From NCBI RefSeq assembly GCF_009914755.1, contig NC_060925.1: a stretch of 64,000 nt of DNA, one strand, 5' to 3'. Source of the DNA: the human T2T-CHM13v2.0 reference genome, Homo sapiens. Below are positions 1 through 15,356 of the stretch, one piece after another (the first letter of the stretch is position 1; the number at the start of each line of letters is the position of its first letter). The notes beneath the pieces are model-generated. The model did no database searches and was not told the origin of the DNA. It worked only from the letters and a program-made list of their open reading frames with translations. A program made the position numbers and the translations under genes.

Positions 1-240
1 AGTTGTCCAGACTGGAGGGCCTACAAAATGTATATAATCTGCCAAAGGTAGGTGGACTGCTGCATGGCCTTAACTGCATATCTATTACTCCCTCTTGAGT
101 GCATCTTCACCTTTGCTTCTTGGAAGATGGGGGAGAGAGAAATCTATGTGGATTCACCTTTAGGAAACAGAGGGGAGAGCAGGAAACCAAGGGGTTGCTC
201 TTCTCTTAAGGACGTGTAAGGCCAGGGACCAGATGTCAGG

Positions 241-615
241 TGATATGGTTTGGCTGTGTCCCCACCCAAACCACATCTTGAATTGTAGTTCCCATAATCT
301 CCACGTGTTGTGGGAGAGACCCGGTGGGAGGTAATTGAATCATGGGGGCAGTTACCTTCATGCTATTCTCATGATAGTGAGTGAGTTTTCATAAGATCTG
401 ATGGTTTTATACGGGGCTTTTCCCCAACTTTGCTCATTCTTCTCTCCCCTGCCACCATGTGAAGAAGGACATGTTTGCTTCTCCTTCCACCATGATTGTA
501 AGTTTCCTGAGGCCTCCCCAGCCCTGTGAAACTGTGAGTCAATTAAACCTCTTTCCTTTATAAATTACCCAGTCTTGGGCAGTTCTTTATAGCAGTGGGA
601 GAACAGACTAATACA
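241..615 (+). mobile_element. THE1 (THE1C/D-like) MaLR solo LTR
   Basis: TGATATGGTTTGGCTGTGTCCCCACCCAAA...GACTAATACA with a perfect 5-bp TSD TCAGG (236-240 and 616-620). Confidence 0.9.
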
Positions 616-699
616 TCAGGATTCTGAGCACCTCCCCAACCCCTTTTAAAAAACCAGTTGTCCCCAATTCTTTTCCTAACAATAATTAATGTGGTCATT

Positions 700-930
700 G
701 TTTATTGAGTAGCTACTATGTACCAGATACTATGCTGGGACTTTTAATAGATTTTGTTTCCCCTTTAATCCTCTAATAACCCTATGGAATAGGTACTGGC
801 ATCATTTTTATAGATGAAGAAACTGACGCTCTGAGAGGTTAGTGAATTTTTCCCAAACCACACTACTTGTTCAGTAGCAAAGCCAGAATTCCAGTCCAAG
901 TTGGTCTGCCTCCAGAGTCTGTGACCTCTC
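700..930 (-). mobile_element. MIR SINE
   Basis: tttaatcctc...cattttatagatgaagaaactgacgctctgagaggttagtgaa matches the reverse complement of the MIR core. Confidence 0.75.
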
Positions 931-1216
931 TGCTTCAGTCCTTTAAAGGGAAGGGGTTCATGTGCTGTGTTTCTGGAAGGGCAAGGAAAAGGTAAAGTTG
1001 GGAGATGATGTCCCGCGAGGCAGCCAGTTCTGAAAAAAGGGAACTCTGTAAGCTGAAGAGGGTGGTAACTAGAGAGGAAAGGGACCAGGCCTCTAGCTAG
1101 GAAAGTGAGAACACAAAAATTGGTATGGAAGTCACCCAACAGAGGCTCAAGAAGGAATCTGAAATCCCAGGAGTAGCCAGAGTGACTGTCACCATAAGGC
1201 AACTCATACATGTGCA

Positions 1217-1217
<1 letters not shown>

Positions 1218-1262
<45 letters not shown>
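1218..1262 (+). repeat. (CA)~22 microsatellite; (UG)n in the CSMD2 pre-mRNA
   Basis: Seen directly. Confidence 0.98.
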
Positions 1263-1264
<2 letters not shown>

Positions 1265-1335
1265 CACAGAGGGGAGGACTGTTCTTTGACACGGGCCACC
1301 CCATCAGTCATTTTGAGCAGGTGACATCTACTTAC

Positions 1336-1524
1336 AGAGACACTGGGGGCGGGGACGGTCCCATGTGCCATCTCCCTGGCAGCTGAGCACTGGGGTGCCC
1401 AGGAGGTAGAAGCCGTGGTTGCACCGGTAAGACACAGTGGTGCCGAAGCTGAACCTGTGCGGGCCGCTGGCGTGGACCTGACGAACACTATTTTCTTGGT
1501 GTCCAGGATCTGTACAGTTGATGA
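1336..1524 (-). CDS. CSMD2: CSMD2 exon, 189 nt, Sushi (IINCTDPGHQENSVRQVHASGPHRFSFGTTVSYRCNHGFY...WDRPRPQCL)
   Basis: Acceptor ctgttcaattgcag|TCA, donor TCT|gtaagt. Confidence 0.94.
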
Positions 1525-2901
1525 CTGCAATTGAACAGAAGTCCAAACAGGCATGGATTCCCAGTATAGTAAAATCTTCCGAGCAAAACTAGGCAATGAA
1601 GCAGACCCTGTCGGGAGGGTGAGCTGGTCCCAAGGTTGCTGGACTTCTCCCCTCACCTTGGTTACCTGGTCAGAAGAGTCATCCTTCCATGTCCAGCTAG
1701 ACATCACCTCCTTAGAGAACTCCTCCCACCTCTTCCCAGATTGATTACTCCCTTTCTGGTACTCCCTTGCACAAATCGCTATTGCTGACTTTACCAGCCT
1801 GTGCTGTGACTTGTTTGAACACACGAGTCCCTTGAGGGCATGAATGTCTAGTCTCCATATATCTGATCGTAGCACAATGTGCCTCCCACAGCAAAGCTTG
1901 TCAATTGTAAAACTGACGCATTTGAACTGACTTGAACAGGGTTGGGCTCTTTTGAAAATGGTTTTAATCACTTTTATGAGTATTTCAGGGACATATTAAT
2001 ATCCTGGGGGATATATTTGACTTTAAAATCTTAAAAGTGTTTCCAAAGCAGCTTAACTCAAAATCAGGATAAGATTTTAGAATAATGACAACATTATTCA
2101 TAACCCATGACTATACTTTTCTTTCCAAACATCTTCAAATCCATTATCTTACCTGAGTCTCAAACTTATCATATGAAGTGGGCAGGAAGGTATTTTTTAA
2201 AAATCTTTGATAAGCCTTTAAGGATTTTTACTTTTGATGAGGCTCTCTGAGGCTTCACTGCTGTCAAAAGCCTCTAAAAGCGTTAGAAGCTATTTCCTAA
2301 ATACTCCAAATAGAGCCAGGACATTCTGTATTCTCTCTGCCTTTTGAGTCTTTGGCTTCCTCTCTGTGTGTTTTCCCCCAGCCCTCACCCCCTTTATCTC
2401 AACTCTTAGGCTCTCTGCTTTTTAACCCTCTGCTTTTTCATCAAGAATGGGGATCTCTTAAGAGTGGTTCCAAAGGAGCTGCAGCAGCCATTTTGCAACC
2501 ACAAGGAAAGACCAAGATATTGCTCCTGATCTCGTGGAGCAGCTGAAGAAATAATATTACTTCTAGATTTCTTGTTTATGTGAGAAAAATAAACCTCTGT
2601 TAAAAAATAACGGGGCTTTATAAGATAATGATACATTATTTGTTCAATGAAAGGTAAAAAAGACGACTTGAAAGATAAAACTTAAGTTTTGCTTTCCTTA
2701 TATAACCCATGATGATGAAATTTTATGTGGCTCTTTATCTAAGGGTTGAGAAAGTCCTCATTTATGACCCTTCTCTGCTCCATCTTCCCTATCTGGATCA
2801 GAATGATGCCAGAATGAATTCACTGGCTTCTTTTTCTGAGCTACAGAACCACATATAGCAGAGATGGTGGGGACTGGATTGGGAGAGAAAGGGTGACTCA
2901 C

Positions 2902-3075
2902 TTCTGCAGGTGGGCAGCATGTCACTCCATTGCCCGCTGGCCAGGCATTGGGACCTAGCAGCCCCCTCAGCCATATACCCAGGGTTGCAAACAAACTTGA
3001 CCACATCGTTGAGGTTAAACTGGTTACCCTGAGTGAGGCCGTTGACAGGGTTGCCTGGGTGTCCACAGGTAATTG
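2902..3075 (-). CDS. CSMD2: CSMD2 exon, 174 nt, Sushi (PITCGHPGNPVNGLTQGNQFNLNDVVKFVCNPGY...WSDMLPTCR)
   Basis: Acceptor ctgttttggttacag|CAA, donor GAA|gtgagt. Confidence 0.94.
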
Positions 3076-4059
3076 CTGTAACCAAAACAGAAGATAGGTA
3101 AGCCCTCCTACTATTCCACACCCCTCAGAATTTATCCACCTCTCACCTGGCATCTCTTAGGCCATCAGTGAAGTTCAGCCCTAAGTCTAACTTCAATCTC
3201 TTTTGCTGTAAAACCTTTATAAACTGAAATTGTCAGGGGAACATTCTGTCTGCCTTGAAGATATGTCTGTAGCTTGGACAACTTGAGATCAATCATTCTA
3301 TGACTTCCCATAGGGTGTTAGGACTGGACTGTGGTTCTCTGTGGTCTGAGCGGTCAGTGCTATCTTACTTTCCTTGCCTCTGATGCCCTCGGCTCCCCAG
3401 ATCCATTCTTAATTGCTGGGTATACTGATGGCCAACTGTCAGCTGGTTTAGGCCCATCCTCATTCCTGAGCCAACCTTGTAGAACCAGAGTGAATACTAA
3501 CCAAGACTGGTGCAGAGTTCAGTCACTCTGCTAGATCAATAGCCCAGGTAAACTGGGGAAGCAGAGCTGCTGTTTGGAGAGAACCCACTACCTCCAATTC
3601 CTTCCATGGCAAGGGAGTTCAGTTAGTGCACTTTGATCTGTGCAACTTGGGAGTAATGAGCTGGCATGTTTGGCTCAGCATCCCTTCTTTTTCTAGGGAC
3701 CTAGTTGTCTGCAGGGAGCAATGTTCTCGGCTGCTCTCAGCTGTTGAGGAGGGAGGCTATCCCCAACATTGCAGGGCTGCATGCCCCACTGCAGTGTTGC
3801 CTCTGTGGGTGGGTGAATCCATCTCATTCTGGGTTCATGTAGCAGCCTCCATCTGACTGTCACATTAAGCTCCATTTTCCAACTTAGCCTTTATTAGTAA
3901 GCGAGGTAATATTTGGGCCTCCACCTACCAGTCTGTTTTACTATTTTGTTCAGACATGAGCAGGGAAGAGAAAAGGGATGTGGTATTTGCAGGCCACCAT
4001 GCTTATCCCTGCATCCCTCTGATTCCCCCTTTCTCCCAGTGGTATAGCTCACTCTATTT

Positions 4060-4505
4060 GGCTGCACTGGCCTCTTGGAGGTTTCATGAATATACAAAGC
4101 AAGTTCCTGCCTCAGGGCCTTTGCACTTGCTTTTTTCTCTACTTAGGACATTGTTCCTGCAGATATCCCTTAACTCCTGCCCTCTTCTTCTCAGGTCTCT
4201 CCTCAAATTAACCATGTCAGTGAGGCCTTCCCTTAGTCCCTAGTTGGCCAGCATGGCCAGTACTGCCAGGTCCCTTGCTCTGCTCAACCTCTCTCCATAG
4301 CACTGTCAGCAACCAACACACCACAGCACTTCTGTATTTGTTTATTGCTTATCACCCTTCAGCTGAATGCAAGCTCCTTGAGGTCAGGGACTTGGTTTTG
4401 CTTATTGCTGCATCCTTGGTGTATGTACCAGTGCCTGACATTCAGCAGGAGTGTGATAAATATTTGCTGAGTGAATCAGCGAATGAGTAAGTGCATGAAT
4501 GGATG
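4060..4505 (+). mobile_element. L2 LINE 3' end
   Basis: cagggcctttgcacttgc...gcaagctccttgaggtcagggac...cagtgcctgaca...ataaatatttgctgagtgaat. Confidence 0.7.
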
Positions 4506-6185
4506 GATGCCTAGGCTTCTGCTTTGATCCTTAGTCCTTAGTTCTATTTCGTCCCAGCCTGGCACCCTGGTCTCATGGAGTTGAACTCCCACCTGATGCT
4601 TTTGCCAGGCCTCTCGCTTTGTTCTGGGTTTTAATTTGTGGGAAGATTAGGAACTATAAGGGATGTTCTCTTTGTCCAATACTTAAATCCATGAGGATCC
4701 CACCTAAGACCCAAATGGTGATAATGGGGACGGGGGTGTAAGAAGAGGAAGCACCCAGTCCTTGGTGTGGCCAGATCTGGTGTTTTCTGGGCTAGTTCTC
4801 TTCTGTAAATCTCAGTAGTAGCAACCCTGACTCCAGTGGAGGGAGCCAGGAAGAGCAGGGGACATGCTGTTAGTGGACCACAGGGGTTCAAAGCAGCCTG
4901 GCATAGTGAGATGAGAATGAGCTATGAAGGCCAGCAGACCAGGATTTCGGCTCAGCTCTGCCCCTTCCTGACTTTGGGTCTAAGGATAATTCACTTTGAG
5001 CCTTGGTTTCTATAGCTGCAAAGTAAGAATTTTGATATGCATTTCACAGGGTTGCTTTGAAAATAGATTCAATTCACATAATTATTTATAATCAAATGTC
5101 TACTGAGTGCCTTTTATGAGCTAGGTACTCTGCTATGGAGTGGAATATACAAAGAAGAATATAAAATGTTCTCTGACCTCAGGAAGCTCATTTTACAGAC
5201 TTGTAGGAGGGCAGGCAGGGAAGCGGCTGTTAAACCCAGTGGGCTGGTGCTGAGATAGAGCCCAGCGCAGTGGACCGTGGCTTTTACCCTCCTCTGGGGA
5301 GAGAGTGGGTCAAAGAGGGTCCCACAGGGAGTGGCATGAGGTCTGATCTAGGTCTCAAGGGTGAGTAGGGCTTCGCCAGGTCAAGAAGGTGGTGGGAGAG
5401 CAGGGATAAGCATCGCAGCATCTGTAAACCCCTGAAATTATATGCAAGGCACTGGGTGTTTGCAGCCAGCTCGGGAGAGGGTCCATTACTTTCACCGGAT
5501 TTGGAAAAGGTCGTGATGCCCCTTCCCTGAAGGCGGAAATCACTCATATAAAGAGAGAGAAGAATGTTGAGGATTAAAACCCTTGGGAATACCACTTTTT
5601 GAAGGGCAGATGTTAAAAAAGAAAAAACCTATAGGAAACTGAGGAGTGATCAAAAAAGTAGTAAAGCAAAAAGCTCTACAGGAGGGGGTAGTTGTCACAG
5701 AGCCAAGAGCCTCAAGAATTGTCAGATATCCCTGATAGATCAAATAAGATAAAGATGAAAATGTGTTCATCGGATTCATCAATAGGACCACTGGTGACTT
5801 GCAAGTGTCCCCTGCCTGGTTCAGGCTCTTACCCACTGCTTCCCACATATTCCCAAGCCACAGGCCCTGGACCAGGATCAGCAGGAGAAGAAGCTGCTGC
5901 GACCAGGTGTCATCTCTGGTGCCCCCATATAAGTTCTTCTTGCTCTCTTTAGGTCCCAGGCTTTCTGGCTGCTTGGAAGCTTTGGCTGGCACTTCTCAGA
6001 TTCCTGCTCTGCAGCTCTTGGGTAGCAGAGGCTCTGAGCATTCTAGAACATGGCCTAGGACCAGAGATACTGTTGACTGGGATGGAAGTTCTTTCTGGCT
6101 AGAGCAGAGAAGTGGCCTTTGCTGCTAATGAGAGGGGAGAGGTGGAGGCAATTAGTGTAGGCAACCGTCTCAAGCAGCATGGCCA

Positions 6186-6621
6186 TGTGATGGTTAACTT
6201 CACGTGTCAGCTTGGTTAGGCCGTGATACCTAGACATATGGCCAAACATTAGTCCACATTATTCTAGATGTTTCTGTGAAGGGGTATGTTTTAGATGAGA
6301 TAACATTTCAATCAGGAGGCTTTGAGTGAAATAGATTATGAGGCCCTCCATAATGTGGGTGGGCCTCATCCAATCAGTTGAAGGCCTTGAGAGAAAAGGC
6401 AGCCTGCTATCCCTGGAAGAAGAGGGAATTCGGCTAGCAGCCTGCCTTCAGACTTGAACTGTGATTCTTTCCTGGGTCTCTACCCTGCCAGCCTATGCTG
6501 GTGATTTTGGACTTGCCAGCCTCCACAATTGTGTGAGCCAGTTCCTTAAAATAAATTGCACTCTCTCTCTATACACACCTCCTATTTGTTCTGTTTCTCT
6601 GGAGGACTCTGAACTAATACA
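6186..6621 (+). mobile_element. MLT2 (ERVL) solo LTR
   Basis: TGTGATGGTTAA start, gggcctcatccaatcagttgaaggcctt core, ttctgtttctctggag...ctaataca end. Confidence 0.85.
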
Positions 6622-7659
6622 GGCTGCCATGGGCAGAAGAATAAGGCATCATTAGGAGGAAAGTAGAGGTCCTGATGAGGCTTGAGCACTTAATGGGCTT
6701 TTGAGCACATTTCAGGACAACTAGACCTAGTTTCCTAAGGGCAGAGATGATGTATGACACATTCAATTCATGTTGATCCTCAGCACCTAACACAGGGTCT
6801 GGCATATAGTAGATGCTAAGGGAATCTTTATTGAATATGGTCTTAGAAGCTGAGGGAAACAGAAAGGGAAGGTCCATGGTAACATAGGAGAGGATTAAGA
6901 ATAGACTAACCTCACTAAGGAGGCAGGAGGGAAGGAGATCCAGAGACTGGTGGAGGGATTAACCATGGGCTGGGAGAGAGATTCTTCTACTGAGGTGGGA
7001 GAGAAGGGGCAAGGATGGATGTACACAGAGCAGATGTGTGGGTGGGGAAGCTGAAAGTAGGAGAAGCTATTTTCTGATGGCTTCTATCATCTCTGCAGAA
7101 TAGAAAGTGATATTATATGATTAGCTAACAATTGTTGGGGCTCGCAGTCATTGTCTCACTTAATCCTCACAACCCTATGAGGTAGGCACCACCACTATAC
7201 CCACAGAAAACAGAATTTCAGAGGACTCAAGATATTTGTTCAAGGGTCACAGTTTCTAAATGTCTCATCTGAATTTTGAACCCAGCTTCTCTGATTCCAG
7301 GCCATCTTAACTGTTTAACTTAGTTATTTGCTGAGAACGTAGGTAGGGGCGATGGAATATAAGTCTTCAGAAAGGAGGCAGAATTGTCAAACAGCTGTAT
7401 GGAGAAAGGGCAAGGGAACTGACTGAGGAAATGAAGAGGACAGCTGGAAAATTTTGAGAGTCTGGTTGACATTGGAAACCTTGACTTTGTATGTACTGGC
7501 AGCTAACACAGTGCTTAGCACAGAGTAAACACTTACAAATATTTGTTCTTTTATTCTTGCTTTCCTCCTCCAGATAATTCCCAAACCTCTGTGCTCCAAG
7601 AGAGAATGGGCCTTAGTGTAAGAGATCCTGGATTCTGTAATGTGATGGTGGCAGCATTA

Positions 7660-7730
7660 CTACCACCACTACCATCATCTTCATCATCATCATCATCACA
7701 CAACAGCAGCAGCAGCAGCAGCAACTGCTG
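7660..7730 (+). repeat. Compound triplet repeat (CAC/CAT)n-(CAG)6 at a MIR tail
   Basis: accaccactaccatcatcttcatcatcatcatcatcacacaacagcagcagcagcagcagcaactgctg; MIR-like sequence follows at ~7730-7960. Confidence 0.85.
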
Positions 7731-8170
7731 CTTAACATCTGGATCAGACACCGGTCTAACTATCTTATGTGTATTAATTTATTTAATGCTCCCAGTAGTC
7801 TTTGAGGTGCCTGCTTTTTACAGGTGACAAGACTGAGACCTAATGAGGTAAATCGACCTACCTAGAGTTACATAGCCACAGCAGATCTGATGGTAGAGCT
7901 GAGATGTAAACCCAGGCAATCTGGGTCCACACCTGAGTGCCTAACTACTTCACTCACTGCCTTTGAATATGGTCCAGTCTAACGTTCAATGTCTTTAGGC
8001 CAGGCAGACATTCTCCACCCAGACCCCGACAGTCTCTATTATTTATTACCTAAATCTCTTTGTATACATCGTGCACCAATTTCCTGAGGGCATCTGCATG
8101 TTCTTCTGGGTGAAACTAAACATGTTTTATTTAGACACATCTGAAAGAGTGACTGAATACAGATGGAACT

Positions 8171-8308
8171 TTATTTTTTATTATTTTTGAGATGGGATCT
8201 CATTATGTTGCCCAGGCTTGTTTCAAATTCCCAGGCTCAATGGATCCTCCGACCTCAGCCTCCTGAATAGCTGGGACTACAAGCACAAGCTACAATATCT
8301 GGCTTGGG
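8171..8308 (-). mobile_element. Alu monomer (FLAM/AluJ fragment)
   Basis: tttttgagatgggatctcattatgttgcccagg...ctcagcctcctgaatagctgggactac. Confidence 0.75.
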
Positions 8309-8499
8309 TCTTGCTTTCTGTAACCCTTAAGAAGTTATTAAGACTAATTTCAGGCATTGTTTTTTGAGAAGTTCTCATTATTTTATGGCCCCATCCCATA
8401 TATAAAAAGCCAAAAGAAGAATTAAAATAAAAAAACTGCCTTACAAAAATTAAGAAGGAAAACTTGCACTTTACATAAAGGCTCACTTTAGGGAAATTT

Positions 8500-11150
8500 A
8501 AAAAGTGAAGAATTATCCAAATTACTTCCAGGCAGCTAAGCATAACAGTGATTGCCTAAATCAAAAAAATGCAGATTAACCAGAAGAATAAATAATAGAA
8601 AACCCAGGCCTGCAGCCTAACTAGAAGCCAGAGAGTGCTACAAACTTTAAATTACATGTAAGAGAAATATACACTAAGCCCAGGCAGAGTTACTTCTCAT
8701 GGTTCTGTTGCAAGCTTTTGTGGAGAGCAAGACTGTATGAGAAAGAGAAGAGAGGAGCAGGTGAAGGGCTTAACACTGATCTAAAATCACTGCCAGAAGG
8801 AGAAAATCCATCTCATATATGAATATACTGAAAACAAATCTTGGTATGTCAATGTACAACCACAGAAAAGGGACATAAAAGTGTGTGTGATTCTCCCTCA
8901 TTGCTTCTGGAAGAAAAGAAAGTGACATCCTCTGAGTGATAAAGGGAATAAGAAGCAATGATGGGAAAACCTGGGGTTCTGCAAGACAAAAGAAAAACAC
9001 GCAAACAAACAAAAATGAAGGACACACAACCTCTTCCTTACCACACACAAAACCTTATATTAAAAAAAATAAATAAACAAAACAAAGGCAAACATCCAAG
9101 ATAATCAAAATGAGATAAAGAAGTAAAAACAATCAGAGAGAAAGACTTTGTAACACTGACAGAAGAGGGTACTACTAAACCACACTAAAGCCATAAAATG
9201 AATAGAAGACATCAACCTAAATGTATACGAAGCTACTTTAAGAAAAAAATAGAAAAGAATTCAAGAATTTCATCTGATGAAAACCTCCTCACCAAAAACA
9301 AAACATGTGAAGCGTAAGAAAAATGTAGCAGCATTCTAAACTGAACTAAATATTCTCAAATAAGCATCTGGAGATATTTTAAAAACCACCATGAAAATCA
9401 GAAAATCAAAAACTAAACAGCACAAATGGACAAAAGGTGGAAGAATATAAAAGATAACTGATTGTATGCTTTAAAGAGATAAAAGAAAAAGACAAAACCA
9501 TCTGAGAAATGAAGACTAAATTATAAGAGGCCCAAGAAAGAATATTCTCAAATGATAATTTAATAAGAGTTACTCAAGAAAGTCAGGCAAAAAACCAAGG
9601 GAATTAAAATGAGATAAAGAGGTGAAAATAATGAGAGAGAGGCTGAGAGAGAAGATAGGCAAAGAAGATTCAACATACACATAATCAGAGCTGATGAAGA
9701 AGAAAAAAAAAAACAGTGGGAAACAAAGCAATATCAGTGTTTAAAACCATAATCCAAGAAAAGTCTTTGGAAATAAAGAAAGACCTGAATCTATATATTC
9801 AAAGACCCATAGAATACCTAAGGAAATTGTCTTGGAATAATTAACTCTGAAGCATGTCCTAGTAAAAATATTAGACTTTAGGATAAAGGGAAAAATAATC
9901 AGGAACCTCAAAAAAAAAACAACCAAATAACCTATAAGAAAAATAGAATTAAACTAATATTATAATTCCAAAAGTCAAATACGTAGAAACAGAGAGCAGA
10001 ATGGTGGTTACCATGGGTGGAGAAGTGGGGGAAATGGGAGACGGCAAAATTAAGACCGAACATATCAGTCATATTAATATATGTGAATGAGTTTAACTAA
10101 CCAACTAAAAGAAAAAGATGGTTAAGTTAGCTTATAAGGCAATTTATACTGCATACAAGAATCACACCTAAGAGAAGCAGAAGGCTAAAATAGAATGGTC
10201 AAAGGTGCATCAGGCAAAAGAATTAAAGCAGGGGTTGTAAGCCTAATATCAAGCAAAGTACAATTCTAGCTAAAAAATGTTAAAAGTGACAAAAAAGTAA
10301 TCTTTAAAGGCTAAAAACCACAATGTGCAATGGAGATACTAGTTATGAATATCTATGCACCAAATAAGACAGCAACCATCTTTATAGAACAGAAACTACA
10401 GGAAGTGCAAGGAAAAATAGAAACACACTAATAATAGAAAACTTTAAACACATCTCTCAGAATAAAACAGATTGAGTGGGTGAAAAGTAAGAATGTAAAG
10501 GACATAGACAACATAATCAATCAGATATATCTCATGAATATATAAATAAAACATGACATCCTAATATCCTTTCTTCTCAAGTGCACATGGGACATTCATA
10601 ACAACTGACCAACTATTAGGTCACAAAGAAAGCTTCAGTCAATTCCATGAAGTAGAAATATTACATACAATGCAATAAAATTAGAAATGAATAACATAAT
10701 GAAAAAAAAGGGCCTTCCACCTAGAAACAAATCCTTCTATTAAAAATTTTCTATGTAAAAGGGGAAATCAATACCAAAATTACAGAATTTCTAATAAATA
10801 ATAAACATTTATTATTAGACTCTATAGGATACAATTAAAGCAGTGATCAGAGGAAATTTCATAGTCTTAAGCACTTATAGCAATAAAACTCAATAGAAAT
10901 GAAAGAATGAAAATAAATGAATTAAATTCCTACTCAAAAGCTAGAAAATGAACAAAAATGTAAACCAAAAGAAATCACAAGGAAGGAAATAATAAAGGTG
11001 AAAACAGTGATTAATGATGCAGAAACTGAAAACATTAGATCAACAATGCTTTCAGTTTTGAAAAAAAAATAGCAATCATATATATATATATATATTTAAA
11101 ACAAACCTCTAGCTAATCTAATTAAGAGACAGGGAGAAAGTCCATGTTGA
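8500..11150 (+). mobile_element. Old, degenerate L1 (L1M) with ORF1/ORF2 endonuclease remnants
   Basis: Strongly A-rich. gaatatctatgcaccaaat (NIYAPN) at ~10347 and ttcttctcaagtgcacatgggacattc (FFSSAHGTF) at ~10571. Confidence 0.8.
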
Positions 11151-11168
11151 ATCTGAGCCCCATGACTA

Positions 11169-12088
<920 letters not shown>

Positions 12089-12970
12089 TGGGCATCTTGT
12101 TTTTCACCGAGCATCTGCTGCATGGAGGGCACCATTGTCTACATTAAGACAGTCAAAACCTGGCTGTGTTGAAACAACTATGTAAAAACAGATGGTTTGG
12201 CTAAATTCATCTTTCCTTCCTTCTCCTTGAGTAGCACCTAGGTGAATTCTTTTTATTATATGGGATTTGGGTAGAATATATTCCTGGCATTTCTACCAGC
12301 TTCCTTTGGCTCTCTGTGGAAATAACCTGTGACTGTGTCCTTAATGGGCCTGAGACAGTGGCAAGACAGCACTGTTCACCCCAGGACAGACCATTCAATC
12401 TATCCTATTAGGTTTATGTGGCTGGGGCCCTCTTTTAGACTCCAGGGGTCCAAGAAAGGTGTGAGAGGAGACAGAACCATAGAACCAGGGAGTGGATTAG
12501 CCATGGAGGAAACGATAACTTTGTCCTTTGGAAGCCAGGTTGTTTTATGTTTCTGTAATTTGCTTAGTATATATGTATAGATCTATATGTTGTATGTAAA
12601 ATTTGCTAATAGATAATATAAAAGGTATTTTAGGTGTGTTACAGGAATGCATCTGCAAATTTGCCAAAAATGGAGACTGGGGCTTCACTCATTATACAAA
12701 GGCCAATAGGAAGGGATTGTCTTTCTAACCAGAATGAGAACCCCTCAAAAGCTTGTCTCTTTAGATCTGAGGTTCTTCTCCTTCTTTTGGGTGGCCCAGG
12801 AGAAGCTGTTCCAGGGTTTTAGTCATGCCTGATGGCCAATAGTTGGTGTTTGGATTAAGCATTTTATGTCAATAGGTGAAATGATACTGTTTAAAGACTG
12901 GATCTCAGCTTTGGAAAGATCTAATCTATCTCAAGGAGAAAAACTGGGCAGGATAGGCCTGCAGAGGTCA

Positions 12971-13243
<273 letters not shown>

Positions 13244-13610
13244 TTAACCTTACTCTGCTGGAATTCCTGACCAGAATATGGGTTGTGTTGCTGACTTGTG
13301 TGATGTGGCACCTCAACTGGAGGTGTCTCCAGAAGCCCCTGAAGGTTATTTAAAATGCCCGGCTCCACTGCAGGTGCCTGACTCACCAGCTTTGCAGATA
13401 GGGCCCTGGCCTGTGTATTTTTTTAATCCTCCTCAGGTGGCTGAGATGTGCACTGTGGTTAGGAAGAGATGGCGATTCTGTGGTATGCTCCTGAGTGCCC
13501 TGGGCAGACACTGCTAATCAATTTCCTTGCCCTTCTTTTCTGAGCCCAGCAGCCTCACACTCTTTGTCAACAGAGCACTGCTGAGAGCCTCTGGCTGATG
13601 TATGAGGTGA

Positions 13611-14047
<437 letters not shown>

Positions 14048-14218
14048 CTATGCCCAACCTGGATCACAGGCATTGGAAGACACCATTTCTCCTCCTTCCC
14101 AGTTTCAAACTCCCACTTCTCACTGACCACTTCCTTCTACCTCTTTACAATCACTTGCCTCCTCTGTGACATCTGCATTGGTCACATAAATATGATGAGC
14201 ATATCCCTATCGTAGTGC

Positions 14219-14620
14219 ATGCTGCGATGAGCTACTCAGAGCCCCTTTTAGGACCGAGGGACTTATTTCCCCAGCTGCTGGAAAACAACCCTTGGCTGGC
14301 AGCCCTTTTCAGATTGCTGTGGTTGAGGAGTCCTCCCACCTAGGAAGGTCATGTCCCATTCCTAGGCCAGCCTGCATCCAGTGGCTGGTCAGTGTGGCAG
14401 TATAACAGTTCCCTTGCTCCAACTTGTGACAATTCTGAAGGGCCATCCAGAGCTCCCTGGGGGGTGAGCTAAGGCTTTCATGGATACTGCATCAGAGCTC
14501 AATTCTCCTTCTGCCCAGTCCTGCTTCCTTCCCTCCTTTCCCTTCTGTAGGTGGTGTTCTCAAGAGCACCCCCTAATAAGCCTCTGTCTCAGAGTGTCTT
14601 CCCAGAGATTCCGACCTTTG
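14219..14620 (+). mobile_element. LTR16-like (ERVL) LTR remnant
   Basis: ccccagctgctgg...ggccagcctgcatccagtggctgg...caagagcaccccctaataagcctctgtctcagagtgtcttcccag. Confidence 0.55.
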
Positions 14621-15008
14621 AAAGTGTATTAAAGAACCAAAGAAAAACAATTGACAATGGAGAAGGCAGGCAGGTTTAGGTGACCTGTCGCCTGTGCTAC
14701 CCTCATTCCTCCTATATACACTCCCATTTCAGGTCTTATCGCACCACATTATCATCACTTCTTTATGTGTCTGCCTCTCCAGTAGACTATAAAGTCCTTG
14801 TGGGCAGGAACCAAAATCTTTTATCTTCAAACCTCTACAGTGTCTGGCATATAGTAAGAGCCTAAGAATATTAAAGAAATGAATTAGTGCATGCTCATCT
14901 GGACAAAAGCAGCTTTTGATAAGATGAGAAGATGCTAAGAAATACTTCCTTAAAGGAGTAAAGGAGTAGGCATTTTCCCAGCTCCTGATTCTACTAGATG
15001 AGAGTTTA

Positions 15009-15356
<348 letters not shown>

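Noticed and set aside
1204-1971. 255-aa minus-strand ORF (and the 179-aa ORF 765-1304) with CVCVCV runs
   Set aside because: Out-of-frame overlap of a real exon, an L2 fragment and the CA microsatellite; no domain signature.
8500-11150. Possible active L1 or nested gene in the long A-rich stretch
   Set aside because: No long plus-strand ORF and many stops and indels; an ancient fossil.
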